Positions 56,913 to 64,000 of a stretch of 64,000 bases of DNA are shown here, piece by piece; positions within the stretch are counted from its first letter, which is position 1, and every line of letters starts with the position of its first letter. The notes under the pieces are model-generated. The model ran no database searches, was not told the DNA's origin, and saw only the letters and a list, made by a program, of their open reading frames with translations. Source of the DNA: Alistipes sp. GTDB taxonomy: Bacteria > Bacteroidota > Bacteroidia > Bacteroidales > Rikenellaceae. Where the stretch lies: NCBI GenBank assembly GCA_029059935.1, contig JAIDUZ010000070.1, positions 1,419 through 65,418 of the forward strand, read 5' to 3'. The translations under genes and the position numbers were made by a program.

Positions 56913-58766
56913 ATGCAGATCGTCGACACTCATTCCCATCTCTACGAACCCGAGTTCGATGCCGACCGCGAAGAGGCCCTGGCACGCGCCGTCGATGCCG
57001 GAGTCGGTCGGATGCTGTGTCCCGCCATCGACTCGGAGAGCCACGGACGGCTGTTCGGACTCTGCCGGAGCCACCCCGACCGCTGCATCCCGATGATGGG
57101 ACTCCATCCCACGTCGGTCAACGACAATCCGCGCTGGCGCGAGGAGCTGGATACGGTCGAAGAATACCTGAAAAATCCGCCCGAAGGAATCGCACGGTTC
57201 TGCGCCGTGGGCGAAATAGGGCTCGACTTCTATTGGTCGGCCGATTTCCGCGACGAGCAGACCGAGGCATTCCGCCGTCAATGCCGCCTGGCCGTAGAAC
57301 TGGACCTCCCCGTCGCCGTGCACACGCGCAGCGCCTGGTCCGAAATGGCCGCCATCATCGAAGAGTTCCGAGGCACGGGCCTGCGGGGCGTATTCCACGC
57401 ATTCGGCGAAGACGCGGCGACCTACCGACGGCTGAAAGCCTGCGGCGACTTTCTGTTCGGCATCGGCGGAGTTGTCACGTTCAAGAAGAGCAAGCTGGCC
57501 GAGACCGTGCGCGAAATGGCGCTCGACGACATCGTACTCGAAACCGACTGTCCCTATCTTACGCCCGCACCCCACCGCGGCGAGCGCAACGAACCGGCCT
57601 ACACGCGCCACATCTGCACCAAGGTGGCCGAACTGCAAGGCACCGCGCCCGAAACCGTCGCGGCGGCGACCACCGCCAACGCCGAACGCATGTTCGGCCT
57701 CCGACCCAGCCAAACGGAACACCATATGAATAAGACGAAATCCTCGATTCTGATCATCTACACGGGCGGTACCATCGGCATGAAGACCGATGCTGCGACG
57801 GGAGCCCTCGTGCCGTTCGATTTCAGCGGCATCTACGACGAGTTCCCCTCGCTCAAGCGTCTCAACGTCGACATCGACGTGCAGACCCTGTCGCCCGTCA
57901 TCGATTCGTCGAACGTCTCGCCCGCCAACTGGCTGACGCTGGCCGCGCTCATCCGCGACAACTATGCGCGCTACGACGGATTCGTCGTCCTGCACGGCAC
58001 CGACACCATGTCCTACACGGCCTCGGCGCTGAGCTTCCTCTTCGAGAACCTGGCCAAACCCGTGGTCTTCACCGGCAGCCAGATACCCATCGGCGTGCTG
58101 CGCACCGACGGCCGCGAGAACCTTATCACGGCCATCGAGATAGCCGGCGCCCGCGCGGACGGCCGCCCCGTGGTGCCCGAAGTGTCGCTCTACTTCCAGA
58201 ACCGGCTGTTCCGGGCCAACCGCACCACCAAGCGCAGCGCCGAAGCGCTCAACGCATTCCGCTCCTACAACTACCCGCCCCTGGCCGAAGTGGGCGTCAA
58301 CATCGCCTACAACCTCCCGGCCATCCTCCGCCCCGCCGAGACCGGCGACGGCGAACTGCGGACCGCCGAACGGCTGGCCGACGGCATTGCGGTCATCAAA
58401 CTTTTCCCGGGTCTCGACGAACGGATTTTCGGCGCCATGCTCTCCGCACCCGGCGTGCGGGCCGTCGTGCTGGAAACCTTCGGAGCCGGCAACGCCCCCA
58501 CGAGCGAGTGGTTCATCCGCACGCTGCGCGAGGCGATCGGACGCGGCATCGTGGTGCTCAACATCACCCAGTGCGGCGGCGGCAAGGTGTCGATGGAGCT
58601 CTACGAAACGGGGCTGCGGCTCCAAAAGGCCGGCGTGCTGTGCGGCTACGACATGACCACCGAGGCGGCCGTCACCAAACTGATGTACGTCCTGGGGCTC
58701 GGACTGCCCGAAGAGGAGACCCGCGCGCTGCTGCGCCGACCCCTGCGCGGAGAATTTACGGCATGA
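56913..58766 (+). CDS. In-frame fusion of a TatD family hydrolase (to ~57701) and a type I L-asparaginase (internal ATG at 57726)
   Basis: DTHSH, GLHP, VGEIGLD, LETDCPYL.P.P.RG.RNEP, then IYTGGTIGM, IDSSN, HGTDTMSY, TGSQ, DMTTEAA; no stop between them. Confidence 0.9.
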   Translation: MQIVDTHSHLYEPEFDADREEALARAVDAGVGRMLCPAIDSESHGRLFGLCRSHPDRCIPMMGLHPTSVNDNPRWREELDTVEEYLKNPPEGIARFCAVGEIGLDFYWSADFRDEQTEAFRRQCRLAVELDLPVAVHTRSAWSEMAAIIEEFRGTGLRGVFHAFGEDAATYRRLKACGDFLFGIGGVVTFKKSKLAETVREMALDDIVLETDCPYLTPAPHRGERNEPAYTRHICTKVAELQGTAPETVAAATTANAERMFGLRPSQTEHHMNKTKSSILIIYTGGTIGMKTDAATGALVPFDFSGIYDEFPSLKRLNVDIDVQTLSPVIDSSNVSPANWLTLAALIRDNYARYDGFVVLHGTDTMSYTASALSFLFENLAKPVVFTGSQIPIGVLRTDGRENLITAIEIAGARADGRPVVPEVSLYFQNRLFRANRTTKRSAEALNAFRSYNYPPLAEVGVNIAYNLPAILRPAETGDGELRTAERLADGIAVIKLFPGLDERIFGAMLSAPGVRAVVLETFGAGNAPTSEWFIRTLREAIGRGIVVLNITQCGGGKVSMELYETGLRLQKAGVLCGYDMTTEAAVTKLMYVLGLGLPEEETRALLRRPLRGEFTA

Positions 58767-59079
58767 GTCGTTGCACAAAACGATTTTTTTTCTTATATTT
58801 CGCACTGCTAATCTACCCTTTCCGTGCCGAATCGGCCCCCGGAAAGGCATGAATGGCATGATAAAACATTAATATACAAACGATTAAGCAGAACCGTCTT
58901 TCTCCGAAGTCTGCTTCCGCGGGCGGGTGTCCGGAAACGTCCCCGAAGTCGGAAACGAGACATGCGCACGAAGCGGAAGAGAAAAAAGCAACCCTGTCCA
59001 CGCAAAAAATCGGGCGGCCGGAGAGAACGGACGAAAACCACGGAATACAACCTAATCAAATCAATCATCAAACACCACT

Positions 59080-59838
59080 ATGAAAAAACTTTTTAAGATT
59101 CTGTCGGTGGCCCTCCTCACCATGGGCACCGTGAACGCCTTCGCGCAGGAGGCTGCCGCAGCCGTCGAGGAGACGGTCGTTGCCGCTGAAACCGAAATCG
59201 CCGGCGAGAGCATGCACCACATTCTGATGCAGAAGTTCCTCGAAGGCGGCTGGGGCTGGATGCTTCCCGTGCTGCTCTGCCTTGTGATCGGTCTGGCCGT
59301 AGCCATCGAGCGCATTCTCTTCCTGTCGCTCTCGACGATCAACTCCAAGAAACTTGTCAACGCCGTAGAGGAGGCTCTTCAAAACGGCGGCATCGAAGCT
59401 GCCAAGGACGTATGCCGCAACACGCGCGGTCCCATCGCCTCGATCTACTACCAGGGTCTCGACCGCTACCAGCAGGGTCTCGACGCCGTAGAGAAGGCCG
59501 TCGTATCGTACGGTTCGGTGCAGACCGGCCAGATGGAGTCGGGTCTGTCGTGGATCGGCCTCTTCATCGCCCTCTCGCCGATGTTGGGCTTCATGGGTAC
59601 CGTCGTGGGTATGATCGGCGCGTTCGACGCCATCCAGGCTGCCGGCGACATCAGCCCGACGCTCGTGGCCGGCGGTATCAAGGTCGCCCTGCTGACCACC
59701 CTCATGGGTCTTATCGCTGCGGTTATTCTTCAGCTGTTCTACAACTATATCGTTTCGAAGATCGACTCGCTGGTGAACGATATGGAGGATTCGTCCATTA
59801 CGCTGATGGACATCCTGACGGCCTACAACAAGAAATAA
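59080..59838 (+). CDS. exbB: MotA/TolQ/ExbB proton channel protein
   Basis: GG.GWM, SPMLGFMGTVVGMI.AF, VAGGIKVALLTT..GL. Confidence 0.93.
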   Translation: MKKLFKILSVALLTMGTVNAFAQEAAAAVEETVVAAETEIAGESMHHILMQKFLEGGWGWMLPVLLCLVIGLAVAIERILFLSLSTINSKKLVNAVEEALQNGGIEAAKDVCRNTRGPIASIYYQGLDRYQQGLDAVEKAVVSYGSVQTGQMESGLSWIGLFIALSPMLGFMGTVVGMIGAFDAIQAAGDISPTLVAGGIKVALLTTLMGLIAAVILQLFYNYIVSKIDSLVNDMEDSSITLMDILTAYNKK

Positions 59839-59865
59839 TCGCTTAACGCTTAGTCACAAGCTATC

Positions 59866-60285
59866 ATGAAAAAGATTCTTAACATATTGCTGGGCGTTCT
59901 GATGGCCGTCACCGCGATCCTCATGATCTACGCGGTGGCCACCGGCGGCTCGGAAGCAGCGGTGAGCCTCAATCTGATATGGGGCTACTTCCTCTTCGCA
60001 GCCGCTATCGCCGCCGCCATCTTCTGTGCCATCTTCGGAATGATCAAGAACCCGGCAGGCATCAAGGGAACCATCGTTTCCGTAGCGTTGATCCTGATCA
60101 TCGTGGGTGTCTCGTACTTCTACTCGGCCAGCCATACGGTGAACATCATCGACCTCCAGAACAACGGTGTCTTCAGCCATGGCGAAACCGTAATTACCGA
60201 AACGAGCATCCTGGTGACCTATGTCGCTTTCGTCGCCGCTTTCCTGACGGCCATCGTTACGGAAATCCGGGGCGCCTTCAAATAA
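59866..60285 (+). CDS. Hypothetical 4-TM membrane protein of the exbBD operon
   Basis: Four hydrophobic segments, host-like codon usage, between exbB and exbD. Confidence 0.8.
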   Translation: MKKILNILLGVLMAVTAILMIYAVATGGSEAAVSLNLIWGYFLFAAAIAAAIFCAIFGMIKNPAGIKGTIVSVALILIIVGVSYFYSASHTVNIIDLQNNGVFSHGETVITETSILVTYVAFVAAFLTAIVTEIRGAFK

Positions 60286-60294
60286 TCGAAACCA

Positions 60295-60900
60295 ATGGCA
60301 ACGGATAAAAGAAAAGTACAGGAAATCAACGCCGGTTCGATGGCCGACATTGCCTTCTTGCTGCTGATTTTCTTCCTGGTCGCCACTACCATGAATACCG
60401 ACACGGGTCTTGCGCGCATGCTCCCGCCCATTCCTCCCGAAGACCAACAGCAGGAGGAAGTCAAGGTCAAGGAACGCAACCTTTTCCTCGTGCTCATCAA
60501 CGGTAGCGGTCAGATCATGGCAGGACAGCCCGGCAAGCAGGAATACGTCGAGCTTCGCGACCTCAAGAACAAAACCCGGGAATTCGTGCTCAACCCCCTG
60601 GAAGACGAAAACCTCCCCGAAAAGGAGGAGACCACTTTCGACCTTCCCGACGGCAGCAAGTGGGTCTATCCGGTAAGTTCGGGCGTCGTTTCGCTGCAAA
60701 CCACCCGCGATACGGGCTACCAGCCCTACATCATGGTGCAGAACGAACTGGCGCGCGCCTTCAACGAAATCCGCGACGAAGTGGCGCTCAAGAAGTTCGG
60801 CGACAAGTTCGAGGCTCTGACCCCGGACCAGCGCGACATCATCACCAAGGCTGTTCCTCTGAAGATTTCCGAGGCCGAGCCGCGTATCATCAAGAAGTAA
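60295..60900 (+). CDS. exbD: ExbD/TolR family protein
   Basis: EINAGSMADIAFLLLIFFLVATT, ISEAEP. Confidence 0.92.
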   Translation: MATDKRKVQEINAGSMADIAFLLLIFFLVATTMNTDTGLARMLPPIPPEDQQQEEVKVKERNLFLVLINGSGQIMAGQPGKQEYVELRDLKNKTREFVLNPLEDENLPEKEETTFDLPDGSKWVYPVSSGVVSLQTTRDTGYQPYIMVQNELARAFNEIRDEVALKKFGDKFEALTPDQRDIITKAVPLKISEAEPRIIKK

Positions 60901-60904
60901 GATT

Positions 60905-61375
60905 ATGGCAGTAATGAAAAAGAAGGGCAACAAAGGCTTGCCCCCCATTTCGACAGCGTCGCTCCCCGACGTGATCTTCATGATCCTCTTCTTCTTCATG
61001 GTCTCCACGACCATGCGCGACCAGGAACTGCTGGTGCGTTACAAGCTCCCCGAGGCTACCGAGGTGCAGAAACTCGAAAAGAAGTCGCTTGTCAGCTACA
61101 TACACATCGGACAGCCGTCGCTGGCCATGCAGGCCAAGTTCGGTACCGCCCCGCGTATCCAGCTCAACGACTCCTACAAGACCACCAAGGACATCCTCGA
61201 CTTCTGCGCCGCCGAGCGCGACAAGCTCAGCGAGTCGGACCGTGCCCTGATGACCATCTGCCTCAAGGCCGACGGAAATACCAAGATGGGTATCATCACC
61301 GACGTCAAGCAGGAGCTCCGACGCGCCAACGCACTGAAGATCTCCTACGCGGCATCCAAGTCGCTCGGATACTGA
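60905..61375 (+). CDS. exbD: ExbD/TolR family protein
   Basis: STASLPDVIFMILFFFMVST, LKAD...MG.ITDVKQELR. Confidence 0.92.
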   Translation: MAVMKKKGNKGLPPISTASLPDVIFMILFFFMVSTTMRDQELLVRYKLPEATEVQKLEKKSLVSYIHIGQPSLAMQAKFGTAPRIQLNDSYKTTKDILDFCAAERDKLSESDRALMTICLKADGNTKMGIITDVKQELRRANALKISYAASKSLGY

Positions 61376-61463
61376 TGATTTCCCGGCCCCCACGGACCCA
61401 AATCCGGGGGAGGAACCCGATAGATGGGGTTTCGAGCTGAGAAAATCGCACCTGAACGCTTCC

Positions 61464-61496
61464 ACGGCGGACCCTTTTCGGGTCCGCCGTTTTTTT
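61464..61496 (+). terminator. Terminator of the exbBD operon
   Basis: ACGGCGGACCC-TTTTC-GGGTCCGCCGT-TTTTTT. Confidence 0.85.
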
Positions 61497-61652
61497 GCAC
61501 TGTGCCGGCGCCATACCCGATGTTATAGCCGACTTATAGACGTGATGATGACTTGCGGGATTGTGCGAAAGGCGGCCCGAAGAGCCTCCCATTCGAAGAC
61601 CTTTCGCACTGGGCCACAACACTCTTCCTACAAAAAACAGCCTTGCAGATGC

Positions 61653-61844
61653 TTGGACGCAGCGCACGGGAAAACCGTAAGCACGCGCCGGACTACCCAA
61701 CGGAAACACGCTCTCTGCACCGAAGTGCAGACAACCGCCGCCGTAGTGACCCGCAGTATAGGTGGACGAAACGAAAAAGAGACCACCCTTGCCAACATTG
61801 TCCAAATCTCCCGTCGCATTGTGGCGGGTGCCCGCAGCAGGAGC
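61653..61844 (-). other. Orphan DGR variable-repeat-like cassette (C-type-lectin/Fib_succ_major-like C-terminus) with no parent gene
   Basis: Translates APAAGTRHNATGDLDNVGKGGLFFVSST...GCLHF...VFPLGSPARAYGFPVRCVQ; hairpin downstream at 61563-61609. Confidence 0.7.
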
Positions 61845-61921
61845 TCTGTAGCAATCGCTCGAATGAATGCCGCAGAGAGGGAACAAGACAATGCACAATT
61901 CAGAATGCACAATTTCGCGAT

Positions 61922-62030
61922 TAAGCGAGGGCAGAGACTGCTTGCAGGCTTTGCCGAGCAAGAGCGATAATGGTGCAAGCCGAGAGTTATGCCGAACTTA
62001 TTCGGGCATAACCGAGGCGCAGCCCATCCA
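61922..62030 (-). repeat. Two copies of the palindromic repeat family
   Basis: Reverse complements GGCTGCGCC..GCCTCGG-TTATGC-CCGAATAAGTTCGG-CATAA-CTCTCGGCTT and GCTCGG-CAAAG-CCTGCAAGCAGT-CTCTG-CCCTCGCTT. Confidence 0.8.
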
Positions 62031-62078
62031 AGGCGCAGCCAGAGTCAAGACCCCGTAAGGGGGGTTAATTCAGAATTT

Positions 62079-62152
62079 GTCATTCTGAACGCAGTGAAGA
62101 ATCTAATCTTATCGAATCGACTGAACAGATGTTTCACTTCGTTCAACATGAC
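62079..62152. repeat. REP doublet (REPIN-like); a further half copy at 62281-62303
   Basis: GTCATTCTGAACGCAGTGAAGAATCT ... AGATGTTTCACTTCGTTCAACATGAC; AGATTCTTCACTTCGCTCAGAAT. Confidence 0.75.
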
Positions 62153-62556
62153 GCTTGTTGTGAGAAAACAAGCATAGAACAATTGATGCTGCAAGAACCT
62201 GTTTCCTGCGTTCTCGCCCGGGCCGGCTGCGGGGGTCGCACCTATGCGAGCCCGCCCCGTTAAGAACGGGGTTTTATTATAGATTCTTCACTTCGCTCAG
62301 AATAATAGAACAAGTTGCGCCTCTGTTTTTGGAACTGCAAACGCAGAAAATTATTCACTATTCATTATTAATTGTGCATTGATAATCCGGCTCTGCGGCA
62401 GACTGGAATAATTAACTACCCCTTTTCCTGCGGCACAAAAAGCGGCAAAACAAAGAGTAGTGGATTGCTGAATCTACCGACCGCGCTGGTGCAAGCCGTA
62501 GCCGGCACCACTCCGGGTCGAAAAGGCTGTATATATTGAATGATAACCGGACACCC

Positions 62557-62641
62557 GGGAAGGAAAGGGAAGGAAAGGGAAGGAAAGGGAAGGAAAGGGA
62601 AGGAAAGGGAAGGAAAGGGAAGAAAAGGGAAAGGAAGGAAG
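62557..62641 (+). repeat. Polypurine tandem repeat (AGGAAAGGGA)x6 plus degenerate units
   Basis: Six perfect decamers at 62561-62620; about 85 nt with no pyrimidine. Confidence 0.95.
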
Positions 62642-62741
62642 CGAAAGTGCAACCGTGGCCGCGGCAGCCGCAGTATCCAATCCCGAACCCTGTCGCGCTA
62701 TGCCATCGGAGCAGTATTCGCAACGGATACCCGCCCGCAGG

Positions 62742-63347
62742 TCAATCGCCGAACGGCAGTTCGAGCTGATCGATTTCGTGATTGAACGTAAGCCGATGGT
62801 AGGGAGTGACGCCGTATTCGCGAACGGCAAGGCGATGTTCGCGCGTAGGATAGCCCTTGTTGCGCTCCCACCCGTATTCGGGATATTCGTCGGCCAGCCG
62901 GCGCATGTATTCGTCGCGGTGCGTTTTGGCCAGCACCGAAGCCGCCGCAATATTGGCATACTTGCCGTCGCCCTTCACAATGCAACAATACGGAATCTCC
63001 AGCGTCGAGCGGAACCGGTTGCCGTCGATGGCCAAGAATCCGGGCTGCGGAGCAAGCCGCGCCACGGCCAGCGACATGCCCTCGAACGACGCATTCAGAA
63101 TGTTGATTTCGTCGATGCGCTCCGGCGACACCGCCTCCACAGCCCAGGCCACCGCCTCACGCTCGATCACCTCGCGCAGACGGTCGCGGTTGCGCTCGGT
63201 CATGCGCTTCGAGTCGTCGAGCAGCGGGTCGCTGAAATCGGGCGGCAGAATCACCGCCGCCGCGAAAACAGGCCCTGCCAGACAGCCGCGTCCCGCTTCG
63301 TCGCAGCCGGCTTCCGGAAGGTCGTACTGATATTGCGTTTCGAGCAT
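62742..63347 (-). CDS. rnhB: Ribonuclease HII
   Basis: GCDEAGRGCLAGPV, DSK, IDEINILNA, IDGN, KGDG...IAAASVLAK..RD, KGYPT..H. Confidence 0.97.
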   Translation of the reverse strand: MLETQYQYDLPEAGCDEAGRGCLAGPVFAAAVILPPDFSDPLLDDSKRMTERNRDRLREVIEREAVAWAVEAVSPERIDEINILNASFEGMSLAVARLAPQPGFLAIDGNRFRSTLEIPYCCIVKGDGKYANIAAASVLAKTHRDEYMRRLADEYPEYGWERNKGYPTREHRLAVREYGVTPYHRLTFNHEIDQLELPFGD

Positions 63348-63403
63348 ATGGCAAAATTACGAACTTTTTCGCTATTTTTGTCTTCCGAACAATTTCCGCC
63401 CAC

Positions 63404-64000
63404 ATGAAATTCAACATAGCCCGCCAAACATTCTTCCCGGCTTTCCTGACCCTGGCCGCGTTGGCCGGCACCGCAGTCTACCTCCCGCAGACAGGCGCCG
63501 CCGCACAGGCAACCGCAACGGTCGCCGGCGATGCGCTGTGGATGCCCGGCGAACTGCTGTTGCAATTCCAGGCCGCATTCCCCGGATGGGCCCGGGCGCT
63601 GACCTGCCTGCTGATCGTCATCGCAGGCACCCGTGCGGGCTACCTCCCCGTACACTACAATCTCTACACCTCCAACACCTGCCTGGCCATCCCCTTCTTC
63701 GGAATCGCAGCCTGCGGACTCACCGTCGGACACACCGACCTCCCCACGTTCGTCGCCGTGCTGCTGCTGGTGCTCGCCATCCGCAACTTCTGCCGCTCCT
63801 ACTCGCCCAACTACGCATTCGACGCCATCTTCAGAGGCGCCCTCTACCTCGGCGCACTGGCGGTCGTCTGTCCCAAGGCGCTGCCGCTGCTCCTGCTCCT
63901 GCCACTGGCCCTCATCCAGTTCCACCGTACGGTCCGCGAACTCATCATCGCCGTCGCCGGACTGCTGCTCCCGGCGCTCACGCTCTGCTATGCGAACTGG
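63404..64000 (+). CDS. Polytopic membrane protein, 3' truncated by the window edge
   Basis: ATG at 63404 (MKFNIARQTFFPAFLTLAALAG), open to the window end, several hydrophobic segments. Confidence 0.75.
   Translation, partial: MKFNIARQTFFPAFLTLAALAGTAVYLPQTGAAAQATATVAGDALWMPGELLLQFQAAFPGWARALTCLLIVIAGTRAGYLPVHYNLYTSNTCLAIPFFGIAACGLTVGHTDLPTFVAVLLLVLAIRNFCRSYSPNYAFDAIFRGALYLGALAVVCPKALPLLLLLPLALIQFHRTVRELIIAVAGLLLPALTLCYANW

Noticed and set aside
61385..61463. TPP riboswitch-like GGGG...GCTGAGA...ACCTGA
   Set aside because: Lacks the GATCnGGnTAATnCC...GCGnAGG half and lies 3' of exbD before a terminator with no downstream gene; treated as 3' UTR hairpins.
61305..61961. 218 aa ORF as a real gene
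   Set aside because: Its N-terminus is translated repeat sequence and its C-terminus runs through the terminator into exbD; only the middle is protein-like and is reported as the DGR-like cassette.
62412..62785. FPFL/GKGR-rich ORFs
   Set aside because: Translations of the decamer repeat.

Overview
GC-rich Bacteroidales chromosome segment; the gene set and TAnnTTTG promoters suggest Alistipes/Rikenellaceae. Most of it is housekeeping: deoC, nfo, rsgA, ispG, recG, nth, uvrD/pcrA, moxR-bat cluster, rnpB, xerC-hpf, tRNA-Cys, dprA, exbBD, rnhB. Accessory or unusual material: (1) an AT-rich solo NYN/PIN-fold RNase gene preceded by its own promoter and a structured, terminator-ended leader RNA, an architecture like an RNA-antitoxin/toxin module (7.0-7.9 kb); (2) a ~17.5 kb decayed CTnDOT-like integrative element (11677-29153, TTCGTATCTTT at both ends) carrying a cobalamin riboswitch, a full B12 uptake operon, rteC, parDE and integrases, with no transfer genes; (3) at least 8 copies of a ~60-76 nt covarying palindromic repeat, one with in-window evidence of insertion; (4) an AT-shifted ~0.8 kb patch inside uvrD; (5) three prophage-like orphan genes after rnpB; (6) an in-frame TatD-asparaginase fusion; (7) a gene-less cassette resembling a diversity-generating-retroelement variable repeat, inside a repeat-dense 1.4 kb intergenic region (61.4-62.7 kb). 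All family calls come from motif recognition by eye; no searches were run.
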